A stretch of 64,000 nt of DNA from Herbaspirillum sp. Lineage in GTDB: Bacteria > Pseudomonadota > Gammaproteobacteria > Burkholderiales > Burkholderiaceae_D. Below the pieces are notes generated by a model, which had not been told where the DNA came from, ran no database searches, and saw only the letters and a program-made list of their open reading frames with translations. Position numbers and translations under genes: made by a program. The stretch lies in assembly GCF_035644555.1 (NCBI RefSeq), contig NZ_DASQOH010000049.1, positions 39,839 to 103,838 of the forward strand, given 5' to 3'. Numbering within the stretch: position 1 is the stretch's first letter; each line of letters opens with the position of its first letter. Positions 8,796 to 18,120 of the stretch are shown here, piece by piece.

Positions 8796-9800
8796 ATGAA
8801 AAGCTTTTGCAAGAACCTGCAAGCTGTAGTGTCTCTCAGTGCTGCCCTGGTTGCAGTGGCTGTACCAGTCGCCCTCCCCGGTCTGGCCCGCGCCGAAGAA
8901 ATCTCGGTCACGCAATGGGGCACCAGCCTCTATGGCCTGCCCTATGCGATTGCCATCGAGCAAGGCTATTTCAAGAAGGCCGGGGTGGATATCACCGGCA
9001 TCCTCACCTCCGGCGGTGGCGGCACCACGGTGCGCAACATCCTGGCCAGCAAGCTGCCGTATGGCGAAGTGGCGGTCTCGGCCGCACTGGCCGCACAGCG
9101 CCAGGGGCTGGACGTGGTCATCGTCAATACAGGTACCCGCAGCGTGGCTGAAGCATCGGCCGTGACCATGCCCAATTCCCCCGTCAAGAGCATCGCCGAC
9201 CTGGCCGGCAAGAAGGTCGCCATCACCTCGCCCAAGGGCGTATCCGAAATGCTGCTGCTGATGGCGCTCAAGGCCAAGGGCGTGGATGCGGCCCAGGTGC
9301 AGCGCGTGGCCTCGGGCGGTTACATCAACGGCCTGACCATGCTGGAGCAGGGTTCGGTGGCTGCAGCCGTGCTGATCGAACCGCTGTCCATCGTGCGCAA
9401 GGATAAGTACCGCACCGTCTACAGCGCCGGCGAGGTGCTGCAACCGATGACCACCTCGGTGGGCATCACCACCCGCGCCTATGCCAAGGCCCATCCGGAG
9501 ATCATCCGCGCCATCATCGAAGGTCGCCAGCAAGGCGTGCGGGCGGTGTACCGCGATCCGGCCGCCGCCGCCAAGCTGCTGGAGAGCAGCTTCAAGCTCA
9601 GCCCGGAGGTGGCGCGCGAAGCGGTGGACAACATGGTGCGCGCGCGCATGTGGAGTGAGGGCGACTTCGACCAGGCCGAACTGGACCGCATGACCGACGG
9701 CCTCAAGCTGATCGGCGAGATCAAGGACAACGTGGAATGGGACAAGCTCATCGACAGCAGCATGCTGCCGCCGTCCATCAAGATCAAGAGCAAGCTGTGA
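8796..9800 (+). CDS. ABC transporter periplasmic substrate-binding protein (NMT1/THI5-like, NitT/TauT family)
   Basis: ATG at 8796 follows GAGGAA. The signal peptide is MKSFCKNLQAVVSLSAALVAVAVPVALPGLARA. The family call rests on operon context (NitT/TauT-type ATPase and permeases follow). Confidence 0.85.
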   Translation: MKSFCKNLQAVVSLSAALVAVAVPVALPGLARAEEISVTQWGTSLYGLPYAIAIEQGYFKKAGVDITGILTSGGGGTTVRNILASKLPYGEVAVSAALAAQRQGLDVVIVNTGTRSVAEASAVTMPNSPVKSIADLAGKKVAITSPKGVSEMLLLMALKAKGVDAAQVQRVASGGYINGLTMLEQGSVAAAVLIEPLSIVRKDKYRTVYSAGEVLQPMTTSVGITTRAYAKAHPEIIRAIIEGRQQGVRAVYRDPAAAAKLLESSFKLSPEVAREAVDNMVRARMWSEGDFDQAELDRMTDGLKLIGEIKDNVEWDKLIDSSMLPPSIKIKSKL

Positions 9801-9811
9801 GGGAGTCCGCC

Positions 9812-10666
9812 ATGAAGAGTGAACACACCGTCCTGGCCGCCGAGGCCCTCCTGCAGGACAGCCCGGCCACCACGCCCCGCGTGCCGCATGCCGTGCTGCA
9901 GGGTGTCACCCGCAAGTTCGGCAAGGCCGGCAGCGTCTTCCATGCCTTGGGCCCGATCGACCTGACGCTCTACCAGGGCGAGTTCTTTTCGGTGGTCGGC
10001 CCTTCCGGCTGCGGCAAGTCCACCTTGCTCGATACCCTGTCGGGCCTGGCCTCGCCCTCCGACGGCACGGTGCAGTTCGAGAACCGCGAGGTCAAGGGCG
10101 TACCCGATGGCGTGGGGGTGGTGTTCCAGGAAGACGCCTCCTTCCCCTGGCTGAACGTGCGCGACAACATCTCCTTCACGCTGCGCATGCGTGGCATGGA
10201 GGGGGCCGAGATCAAGCGCCGGGTCGACTACGCGCTGGCTTTCATGGGCTTGAAGGATTTCGCCACCGCCTATCCGGCGCAACTCTCGGGCGGCATGCGC
10301 CAGCGCGTGTGCATCGCCCGCACGCTGGTGCAACAGCCGCGCCTGATCCTGCTGGATGAACCCTTTGGCGCGCTGGACCAGCAGACCCGCCTGCTGATGG
10401 GCGACGAACTGCTGCGCCTGTGGCGCGAGACCGGCGCCACGGTGCTGCTGATCACCCACGCGCTGGACGAGGCGGCCATGCTGTCGGACCGGGTCGGCGT
10501 GATGTCCTCGCGGCCGGGCCTGTTCATCGACATCGTCGAAACCGGCTGGCCGCGTGACCGCGATAGCCGGGTGGTCTCCACACCACGTTTCGGCGAGGTC
10601 AATGCCCGCCTGTGGGAACGCCTGCGGGTGGAGTCGTTGAAGGTCATGGGAGCCAGCCATGGCTGA
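9812..10666 (+). CDS. ABC transporter ATP-binding protein
   Basis: Walker A GPSGCGKST, signature LSGGMRQR and Walker B LILLDEPFGALD. ATG at 9812 follows GGGAG. Confidence 0.9.
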   Translation: MKSEHTVLAAEALLQDSPATTPRVPHAVLQGVTRKFGKAGSVFHALGPIDLTLYQGEFFSVVGPSGCGKSTLLDTLSGLASPSDGTVQFENREVKGVPDGVGVVFQEDASFPWLNVRDNISFTLRMRGMEGAEIKRRVDYALAFMGLKDFATAYPAQLSGGMRQRVCIARTLVQQPRLILLDEPFGALDQQTRLLMGDELLRLWRETGATVLLITHALDEAAMLSDRVGVMSSRPGLFIDIVETGWPRDRDSRVVSTPRFGEVNARLWERLRVESLKVMGASHG

Positions 10667-11465
10667 AGCAAGCTCTGCTCATAGCGCTGCCGCCAGCCCG
10701 GCGCGCAGGTCGGCACATCAGCTCGATGGCCTGGTTCGTATTGCAGTGGTGATCGTACTGATCGGGCTGGTGGAACTGCTGTGCCGCAGCGGCCTCATCC
10801 AGCCCACCACCATGATCGCGCCCTCGGCCATGGCCCGCCACGCCTGGGAAATCCTGCGCGAAGGCAAGTTCGACAAGGACATCGCCATCAGCCTGGCCAA
10901 CATCGGCGCAGCCACGGTACTGGCGGTGATCCTCGGGTTCATCTGCGGCCTGCTGCTGCATGCGCTGCCGGGCCTGCGCAGCGCCATCGAACCCTTGCTG
11001 GCCAGCTATTACGCGGTGCCGACCTTCATCTTCTATCCGGTCTTCATCGTGCTCTTCGGCGTGGGCTCGGCGCCCATCATCGCCATCGCCGTGCTGCTGG
11101 CCATCGTCACCATGATCACCGCCACCCTCAACGGGCTGGACCGTATCCCGCGCGCCCTGCACAAGACCGCCCGGGTACTGCGGCTGACACCCTGGCAATC
11201 GGCGGTGCGCGTGAAGCTGCCGGCGGCACTGCCCTACCTCTTTACCGGGGTGAAGCTGGTGGTGGCCTATGCCTTCATCGGCGTGATCGCTTCCGAGTTC
11301 ATCCTCTCGGGCTCGGGAATAGGCTATGCGATCGGCTATGCCTACAACAACTTCGAGAACAACGACATGTATGCGCTGATGTTCCTGGTGCTGGCCAGCG
11401 TGACCCTCGTCAACCTCCTGCTGAACGCGCTGGACCGCCGCCTGCAGGCGCGCCTGCGGCGCTGA
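10659..11465 (+). CDS. ABC transporter permease
   Basis: 268 aa and multi-TM. It overlaps the ATPase gene by 8 nt. Called a BPD-type transporter permease from hydrophobicity pattern and context. Confidence 0.85.
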   Translation: MAEASSAHSAAASPARRSAHQLDGLVRIAVVIVLIGLVELLCRSGLIQPTTMIAPSAMARHAWEILREGKFDKDIAISLANIGAATVLAVILGFICGLLLHALPGLRSAIEPLLASYYAVPTFIFYPVFIVLFGVGSAPIIAIAVLLAIVTMITATLNGLDRIPRALHKTARVLRLTPWQSAVRVKLPAALPYLFTGVKLVVAYAFIGVIASEFILSGSGIGYAIGYAYNNFENNDMYALMFLVLASVTLVNLLLNALDRRLQARLRR

Positions 11466-11476
11466 AAGGACATGCC

Positions 11477-12226
11477 ATGAAACCGATGCGCGAGATGCAA
11501 ACCCCGCTGCTCTACGCCCTGCTGGCGGCCGGCCTGGCCGCATCCTGGCAGGGCCTGTACTGGATCAATGGTGGCAGTGCGCTGGCCTCGCCAGGGCAGG
11601 CCGTGCTGACCCTGGGCAGCATGATGCAGACCAGCGAGTTCTGGCTGCATGCGCTGGAAACCGGCAAGGCCCTGCTCTACGCCCTGCTGATCGGGCTGGT
11701 GGGTGGCCTGGCGGCGGGCCTGCTGCTGGGCGTGAACCGGATGGCACGCGACGTCTCCGAACCCATCCTCCTGAACATGTATGCCATCCCCAAGGTCACG
11801 CTCTATCCGCTGGTGCTGCTGGTGTTCGGGCTGGGCCTGTCGGCCAAGGTGGCCTTCGGGGTGATGCACGGCATCATCCCCATCATGGTCTTCACGATGA
11901 ATGCGATCCGCCAGATGCGCCCGGTGCTGTTGCGCGCCGGCCAGTCGATGCGGCTGACGCGCCGCCAGTCGCTGCTGCATATCGTGCTGCCGGCCATCCT
12001 GCCGGAAATCACGGCCGGCCTGCGCCTGGCGTTTTCGCTGACGCTGCTGGGGGTGCTGATCGGGGAGATGTTCGCCTCGCAGCGGGGGCTGGGTTTCCTG
12101 CTGACCAATGCCATGAACCTGGGCGACATCCGCACCATCATGGCGGTGGCATTGCTGCTGTCGGTCTTCGCCCTGGCCTGCAACGGCGGCCTGATGTTGC
12201 TGGGACGACGCCTGTCGCCGCGCTGA
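11477..12226 (+). CDS. ABC transporter permease (second subunit)
   Basis: ATG at 11477 is in frame with ORF 10781..12226. 249 aa, multi-TM, and paralogous in layout to the preceding permease. Confidence 0.85.
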   Translation: MKPMREMQTPLLYALLAAGLAASWQGLYWINGGSALASPGQAVLTLGSMMQTSEFWLHALETGKALLYALLIGLVGGLAAGLLLGVNRMARDVSEPILLNMYAIPKVTLYPLVLLVFGLGLSAKVAFGVMHGIIPIMVFTMNAIRQMRPVLLRAGQSMRLTRRQSLLHIVLPAILPEITAGLRLAFSLTLLGVLIGEMFASQRGLGFLLTNAMNLGDIRTIMAVALLLSVFALACNGGLMLLGRRLSPR

Positions 12227-12274
12227 AGCGCGGACTGGCCTGGACGGTTCCCTTGTGTCTGTGTTGGACACATT

Positions 12275-12306
12275 GATCCTGTGTGGAAACACACAGGATC
12301 TTTTTT
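12275..12306 (+). terminator. Rho-independent terminator of the ABC-transporter operon
   Basis: An 11-bp perfect stem (gatcctgtgtg / cacacaggatc) with a GAAA loop is followed by TTTTTT (12301-12306). Confidence 0.8.
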
Positions 12307-12324
12307 GCGTCAGCAAGGACCTGT

Positions 12325-12744
12325 TCAGTTGTCCTGATGCGCCCAGTTGAAGCTCAGCGAAGTCGGCTTCTGGCCCACCTCCACCTTGCTGGTCTTGGTG
12401 ACGCCGTTGTAGACCGCCTTCACCTCGTAGTGACCGGCCGGCAACTTGAGATTGGTCATCGGGCCGGCGCCGGGCAGGCTGAAGACGGTCTTTCCCTGGC
12501 TGTCATTGACGCTGAGCTTGACGTTGCTGACATAGGCGCCATCCTTGGCTTCGGAGAACAGCAGCCGCAGGTTGTAATCCTTGGCCGCCTCGCGCAGTTT
12601 GCTCTGTTCGCCCGCGCCGATGCCGCCGTTCATGTAGGCCACGCTACCCTGGGTATCCTGGGTCTGGGCCTGTGCGAAGGGTGCCGCCATGCCGGCCAGA
12701 CCGAAGACGATGGCGCTGATGGCGGTGATCTTGTTGATATCCAT
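12325..12744 (-). CDS. Small secreted protein of unknown function (beta-sandwich-like)
   Basis: ATG at 12744 follows AAGGAG at 7-nt spacing. The signal peptide is MDINKITAISAIVFGLAGMAAPFAQA. 139 aa. Confidence 0.6.
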   Translation of the reverse strand: MDINKITAISAIVFGLAGMAAPFAQAQTQDTQGSVAYMNGGIGAGEQSKLREAAKDYNLRLLFSEAKDGAYVSNVKLSVNDSQGKTVFSLPGAGPMTNLKLPAGHYEVKAVYNGVTKTSKVEVGQKPTSLSFNWAHQDN

Positions 12745-12891
12745 GATGGCTCTCCTTGTACGTGGTTGAGGACTTGAAGGATCAAGAGACGAAGCACGGT
12801 GCCACTGTCGAGCTGGCAACCGTCAGAGTCACTTTAGTGATGTAGTCTTAAATGATCCTTAACCCCGTAAAAGATTCCACCCGTACGCCGC

Positions 12892-13839
12892 TCAATCGAT
12901 GCGCAACACCCGCGCCGTTCCCTGCTGCAACAGGTGCTGCACCTGCTGCGACAGACCCGCCGCCACCTGCGACTGCCGTGCCAGGGCATCGTTGATGCCG
13001 CCGACGATGGCCACGCGCTTGCGGGCGCCATCGATGACATCGGCCATCGCCACATGGGCCTGATCGGCGCTGTGGCGACCGAGCGCCGCCTGCGACGCCG
13101 CCGCCTCGGCCTCGCGCAGGGCACTGCCGGAAGACTGGCTCAGCGAGGTGGCGATCTTGCCGATCTCCTTGCTGGATTGTCCGACCCGGCCGGCCAGCCG
13201 CTTGACCTCGGCCGCCACCACCGCGAAGCCGCGCCCGCTCTCGCCGGCACGGGCGGCCTCGATGGCCGCGTTCAGTGCCAGCAGGTTCGTCTGGCTGGCG
13301 ATTTCATGGATGGTCTCGACGATCTTGCCGATGGTCGCAGCCTGCTCCACCAGGGCGCGATAGGTCTGCAGCGACCCATCGATATAGCGGCTGATGGTGG
13401 CCACCGCCGTCACCGTCTGCTGCACGGCGGCCACCGCGCTATCGACACTGCCGCCGGATTGCCGCGCCACCACGCCGGCACGTGCCATGTCGGCGATGGT
13501 CTGCTCCAGCAGGGCCACCAGATCCTGCACGCGCGCATGCAGGTCCTGCATGCCGGCCTCGGCGACCATGTAGCCCTGGCTGGCCTGCTCCACCGGCAGT
13601 GGCTGCACCAGCTCGGTGGCCGGCGGCAGCATCTGCGCCACCGCCAGCTCCGTTCCGCGTCCGCGCAGGCCATTACCGCCTATCAGCAGACCGGCCGCCG
13701 CCAGCGGCAACAGCAAGGCCAGTGCCTGCGCACCCACGTCATGGGCCGCATTGAACAGGCGCCAGCCGGCGCCGACGATCAAGACGATCGATATGATCGA
13801 TACGGCCAGGCATAGCCGTTTGAGATTGCTCTTCCACAT
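12892..13839 (-). CDS. Methyl-accepting chemotaxis protein, minimal form (two TM helices, no sensor domain)
   Basis: It has the MCP hairpin-tip signature [46 protein letters not shown] precedes the start. Only 315 aa. Confidence 0.85.
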   Translation of the reverse strand: MWKSNLKRLCLAVSIISIVLIVGAGWRLFNAAHDVGAQALALLLPLAAAGLLIGGNGLRGRGTELAVAQMLPPATELVQPLPVEQASQGYMVAEAGMQDLHARVQDLVALLEQTIADMARAGVVARQSGGSVDSAVAAVQQTVTAVATISRYIDGSLQTYRALVEQAATIGKIVETIHEIASQTNLLALNAAIEAARAGESGRGFAVVAAEVKRLAGRVGQSSKEIGKIATSLSQSSGSALREAEAAASQAALGRHSADQAHVAMADVIDGARKRVAIVGGINDALARQSQVAAGLSQQVQHLLQQGTARVLRID

Positions 13840-13921
13840 GCTGCTTTCCTCCCTGATGCTGCGTTTATCGTTTTTTATAGGGGTGTTGCCATGGTCCTGC
13901 CGTACATGCGCTCAAGCGTGG

Positions 13922-15502
13922 TCACACCTCCTGCGCCGGTTCACGCAATTGGCTCGCGCCTGCGTGCAGGCCACGCAGAAGGGACGCGATCTGGCCCAGG
14001 CGGCGCTGGCCGTCCAGGATGATCTGCTGCTTGTGCTGCAGTGCCTGATCCAGCGCCTGCAGGCGGGCCGCGCAGCGCTCGGCCAGGTCACCGGCCATGC
14101 GCTGCAGGCTGTCCTGCACGACCGCGCCCAGGGTCTCGTACAGCTTTTCATATGCGGCCGGCAAACCATCGGCCGGCGCACTGTCGTAGCCTAGATCGGC
14201 CGGCAGCTCCAGCGCGGTCTCCAGGGTGGGCAAGATGTGACTGTCCAGGCAGGCCTGGGCGTGTTGGGTGGCCGCCTGTTGCAGGGCTGCGTTCAATGCA
14301 GCCACCACTGCCGCTACGTCGGCCACCTCGGCATGCGCTTCCAGCAGATCGGCCAGCTGCGGCATCACCTCGCGCCAGGCCTGTTGCACCAGTCGCGCCT
14401 GCCGGGCCGGCAGGCTGTCCAGTTCCTCTTGCACCTGCTGGCGCAGGGCTGTCAGGGCCGGCATGGTCTGGTTCAGCAAGGGCGCTTCCACCTCCTCCTG
14501 CAGGTGATGCAGCAGGACTTCGGCCGGCTTGCGGGCGCGATAGGCCAGCGCGGGGGCCAGCAGTTCCAGCAGGGCTGCATAGAGGCGTTCGAAACCGGCC
14601 CCGGCCATGGCCTCTGCATCGGCGCCCGTGCTGCGCGCCACATAGGCCGAGACCGACACCGCCGGCTTCAGCTGGGCCGCCGCCACGCCCAGCGCCTGCA
14701 GCTTGTCGGCGGCGCGGTGGCCGACATCGGCTTCCTGGTCGGCGCGGTTGGCGTCGGACTTGTTGCGCAGGCACTTGACGATCTGGCCATCGACTTCGTC
14801 TTCGTCGATCACATCGCTGCGCGTCACCACCGGCAGCAGCGGCTTGCCCCGACGCAGTTCGCGGGCCAGTTCGTCGAGTTCCTGCACCTGTCCCGGCGAG
14901 GTCGAACTGGTCAGCCACAGCACCGCATCGGCGCTGTCCAGAAAGCGCTGGGTCAGGGCCGCATTGTCATCGGTGGCCGAATGCAGGCCGGGGGTATCCA
15001 GCAAGACCAGTCCATCGCCCAGGCACACCCCTTGCAGGCGCGCCGTGGTCTCGGTGGCGCCCTCGTGGAAGGCCTCGTCCGAGGCCAGCAGCTGGCCGCC
15101 CTGCAGATGGAAATACTGCACCGCCTGCCCATGCTGCCGGAAGCGCTCGGCCAGGAAGTTGCACAGCGAACTCTTGCCGGCATTGAACTTGCCGAACACC
15201 AGTACCATCAGCTTGCCCTCGAAGCGCTGCGCCAGGGCGCGTGCCGGTGCCAGTGCCAGCCATTGGGCTTCGCGCTGCTGATGCTGCTGCGCCAGTGCCT
15301 GATGCAGGCCGCCGATGCGCTGCGCCAGCGCGCAGCCGGGTTGCAGGCCACCGGCCTCGATCCGGCTGGCCGTGAGCGCCGCATCCAGCGAGGCCAGCCA
15401 GTCGCGCAACGCGGCGAGGAGGGTTTCCACATCCGCTTCGGCCCCGCCGGAGCTGCCGGAGCTGCCGATGATGTCGATGAAACGCTGTTCCGACGTCTTC
15501 AT
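13922..15502 (-). CDS. Dynamin-family large GTPase (bacterial dynamin-like protein, member 2 of a tandem pair)
   Basis: G1 GKFNAGKSS, G3 LLDTPGL and G4 VVTRSD, flanked by long Ala/Leu/Gln-rich helical regions. The start ATG overlaps the upstream stop (ATGA at 15499-15502). Confidence 0.8.
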   Translation of the reverse strand: MKTSEQRFIDIIGSSGSSGGAEADVETLLAALRDWLASLDAALTASRIEAGGLQPGCALAQRIGGLHQALAQQHQQREAQWLALAPARALAQRFEGKLMVLVFGKFNAGKSSLCNFLAERFRQHGQAVQYFHLQGGQLLASDEAFHEGATETTARLQGVCLGDGLVLLDTPGLHSATDDNAALTQRFLDSADAVLWLTSSTSPGQVQELDELARELRRGKPLLPVVTRSDVIDEDEVDGQIVKCLRNKSDANRADQEADVGHRAADKLQALGVAAAQLKPAVSVSAYVARSTGADAEAMAGAGFERLYAALLELLAPALAYRARKPAEVLLHHLQEEVEAPLLNQTMPALTALRQQVQEELDSLPARQARLVQQAWREVMPQLADLLEAHAEVADVAAVVAALNAALQQAATQHAQACLDSHILPTLETALELPADLGYDSAPADGLPAAYEKLYETLGAVVQDSLQRMAGDLAERCAARLQALDQALQHKQQIILDGQRRLGQIASLLRGLHAGASQLREPAQEV

Positions 15503-16779
15503 GCCAGCTCCACCGCGCGCAACTGCTCCAGCGCGTCCGCCGCGCGGGTGACGGCATGCAGCGCGGTGTCGGCGCGCGCCACTGCCTGCACCAAGGCCTG
15601 GCGATCTTCCGACAGTTCGTAGTAGTGCAGGAAGGACTGCGTCATCTGCCCGCGTCCGGCCGGCTCGCAGAAACGGCGGCGCAGGTCGGCGCGGTATTTG
15701 ATGGAAATGCCCATGACGGCCACCATCACCGTATCCAGGCTGGTGACCGAGGTTCGCTGGTCGGCCGGCAAGCCCTCTACCCCGTGCTTGATGAGATGGG
15801 CGCGGATGGCGATGCAGGCCCGCGAATAGGCGACGTGAATGCGCGCCCGCTCGCGCTTGCCGGCGGTGAGCTTGAATTCGTCGGCGGCCGTGTCCGGCAC
15901 CAGGGCCGGGTCGTCGCCTTCCACCTCCAGCACCGGCAGCAGGTCCTGATGCACCTTGTCCAGCACCGCCTCCAGGCCTTGTTCGAAATCCTGGCGCTGC
16001 TGGTGCTGCTGTTGCCGCAGTGCCTGCAACTGTGTTTGGGCGCTGCGTTGCTGGTGCTGCAGTTGCTGGTCGATCTCGTCCAGCAGCAGTGCGCGCTCAT
16101 GGCGGCGCGCCGCCGGGACCTGTGCCGTGACATCGCGCAGCCAGGCCTGCAGGGCGGGGATGCCACTCTTTTCCAGCAACAGCTTCTTGCCGCCTTCGAT
16201 GCCGCTGCGGTGGCGCGTGGACGACACCGGATGGAGCGTCAGGCCCGGCGCCTGTGCGGCGATGGCGCTGCGCACCCGCTCCAGTTGCGCCTCGTCGGCC
16301 ATCTGGTCGACCTGGGTCAGGACGAACAGGGTCTGGCGGCGCGTGCGCTGCTGGTCGTCGCGCAGGGCCTGCAACAGCGCACGCTCGGCGGCATCCAGTT
16401 CGCCCTCCTTGGCGGCATGCACGAACAGGCGGATATCGGCCTGCAGCCAGGTCGCCTCCTGGGCATGGCTGTCGTCCTGCTCGGCCACGTCGGCGTCCAG
16501 CCCGGGGGCATCCAGCCAGCGCACATCGGCATGCCGGTGTTCGGACAGGCGCACCGTCTCGCGGCGGTCGGCGACGGCAAAGACGTCACTGCCCATCAGT
16601 TCGTTCAACAGGCGGCTCTTGCCGTGGTTGTACTTGCCCACCACGGTCACCGTGGCGGGCGCAGCCCGTTGCGCCAGCACCCGCAGTCGCGCCAGGTCAT
16701 GCGCGCGGCCGGGCGCCACGGCCTGGATCTCGCTGGCCAGGGGGGCGAAGGGGTCGGTGGATCCGGTATTTTCTTGCAT
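15499..16779 (-). CDS. Dynamin-family large GTPase (member 1 of a tandem pair)
   Basis: G1 GKYNHGKSR, G3 WLDAPGLD, G4-like LTQVD, and a Q-rich coiled-coil C-terminus. The preferred start is ATG 16779, with GGAG 6 nt upstream. The alternative ATG at 16800 overlaps the benE stop (ATGA). Confidence 0.75.
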   Translation of the reverse strand: MQENTGSTDPFAPLASEIQAVAPGRAHDLARLRVLAQRAAPATVTVVGKYNHGKSRLLNELMGSDVFAVADRRETVRLSEHRHADVRWLDAPGLDADVAEQDDSHAQEATWLQADIRLFVHAAKEGELDAAERALLQALRDDQQRTRRQTLFVLTQVDQMADEAQLERVRSAIAAQAPGLTLHPVSSTRHRSGIEGGKKLLLEKSGIPALQAWLRDVTAQVPAARRHERALLLDEIDQQLQHQQRSAQTQLQALRQQQHQQRQDFEQGLEAVLDKVHQDLLPVLEVEGDDPALVPDTAADEFKLTAGKRERARIHVAYSRACIAIRAHLIKHGVEGLPADQRTSVTSLDTVMVAVMGISIKYRADLRRRFCEPAGRGQMTQSFLHYYELSEDRQALVQAVARADTALHAVTRAADALEQLRAVELA

Positions 16780-16796
16780 TGCAGTCTCCATGCAGC

Positions 16797-17966
16797 TCAT
16801 GCTGTTTTTCTGGGGCGTCCGATCAGCCAGTAGGCGGCCATGCCGAACACCACGCCCCAGAAGGCCGCGCCCAGTCCGAACAGGCTCATGCCCGAGGCCG
16901 TGGCCAGGAAGGTGATGACGGAGGGTTCGACATAGCCGCCCTCCTCGCTCATCAGACGGATGTTGGACACGATGGCGCCGATCAGGGCCAGGCCGGCCAG
17001 TGCGGCGATCAATTCCTTGGGGAAGGCGGTGAACAATTTGACGATGGAAGCCGCGAAGGTACCGCCGATGAGATAGAACACGCCATTGGCGATGCCGGCC
17101 AGGTAGCGCTTGCCGGGTTCGGGATGCGCATCCCTGCCGGTACAGAGGGCCGCCGTGATGGCCGCCAGGACGATGGTGATGCCACCGAAGCAGGCGGTCA
17201 CCAGCGAGGCCAGGCCGGCGCCGGTGACCACGGCGCGGGTGGGCGGATGGTAGCCGGCCAGCTGCAATACCGCCATGCCGGGCAGGAACTGCCCGGTCAG
17301 GCTCACCAGCACGAGCGGGATGGTAAAGCTGAAGAACACGCCCAGGCTGAACTGCGGCGCGATGAAGACCGGCTGCGCCAGTTCCAGCCCCAGCTCGCCG
17401 AGATGGGTACGACCGCTGGCGAAGGCCACCGCGAAACCCGCCAGCGCCACCACCACGATGCCGTAGCGCGGCCACCAGCGGCGCCCGGCCAGGTAGGCGG
17501 CCAGCATGACCAGCACCAGCAGGGGTGCCTGTACGCTGGAGCGGAAGGCTTGCACCCCGAACTGGAACAGGATGCCGGCCATCATGCCGGCGGCGATACC
17601 CTTGGGGATGAAGGCCAGGATCTTCTCGAAGTAACCGGTCACGCCGATGAGGATCAGCAGCAGCGCCGCCATCACATAGGCGCCCACCACCTCGGGCATG
17701 CTGATGCCGGGGAACAGGCTCAGCAGCAGCGCCGTTCCTGGGGCCGACCAGGCGGTGATGATGGGCATGCGGAACCACCAGCTCAACAGCAGGCCGCTCA
17801 CCCCGGCTCCCATGGAAATGCCCCAGACCCAGGACACCAGTTGCGAGGTCGGGACCTGACCGGCGTGCGCGGCCTGCACGAAGATCACCAGCGGCCCCGC
17901 ATAGGAAATCAGTACTGCCAGGAAACCGGCCACCCACGCCGTGAGCGAGCCTTGTCGATGGACCAT
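16797..17966 (-). CDS. benE: BenE-family benzoate:H+ symporter
   Basis: 389 aa with ~12 TM segments. The N-terminal pattern WVAGFLAVLISYAGPLVIFVQAA...SWVWGISMG is typical of BenE. Confidence 0.85.
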   Translation of the reverse strand: MVHRQGSLTAWVAGFLAVLISYAGPLVIFVQAAHAGQVPTSQLVSWVWGISMGAGVSGLLLSWWFRMPIITAWSAPGTALLLSLFPGISMPEVVGAYVMAALLLILIGVTGYFEKILAFIPKGIAAGMMAGILFQFGVQAFRSSVQAPLLVLVMLAAYLAGRRWWPRYGIVVVALAGFAVAFASGRTHLGELGLELAQPVFIAPQFSLGVFFSFTIPLVLVSLTGQFLPGMAVLQLAGYHPPTRAVVTGAGLASLVTACFGGITIVLAAITAALCTGRDAHPEPGKRYLAGIANGVFYLIGGTFAASIVKLFTAFPKELIAALAGLALIGAIVSNIRLMSEEGGYVEPSVITFLATASGMSLFGLGAAFWGVVFGMAAYWLIGRPRKTA

Positions 17967-18051
17967 GAATCGTTCCTTGCTGCATGCTGCGTGCCGTCCA
18001 GCGACCGGCCGCGAAATGGGAGAGAGCCGGTTGTGCCCTGCCTCCTCTGAT

Positions 18052-18095
18052 GGTCAAAAGGCCAGGCGCCGCGATGGCAGAACCATCGCAGCGCC
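18052..18095 (-). terminator. Candidate terminator after benK
   Basis: A 13-bp stem (18065-18077 / 18083-18095, one mismatch) with a 5-nt loop. A U-run on the minus strand (complement of AAAA at 18056-59) sits 5 nt after the stem. Confidence 0.4.
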
Positions 18096-18120
18096 GGACC
18101 GCCGTCCTGAAGTTGCGATC

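Noticed and set aside
12790-12804. Sigma54-like element on the minus strand upstream of the small secreted protein gene (TGGCAC-cgtgc-TTCG)
   Set aside because: The -12 element reads TTCG instead of TTGC, so the invariant GC dinucleotide is lost. I treat it as a chance match.
15499-18057. 852-aa ORF that could be read as one giant protein
   Set aside because: Its N-terminal ~420 aa are Arg/Gly/Pro-rich, motif-free sequence lying in an alternative frame over the clearly recognisable benE gene (16797-17966). The real gene is the C-terminal GTPase, starting at 16779 or 16800.
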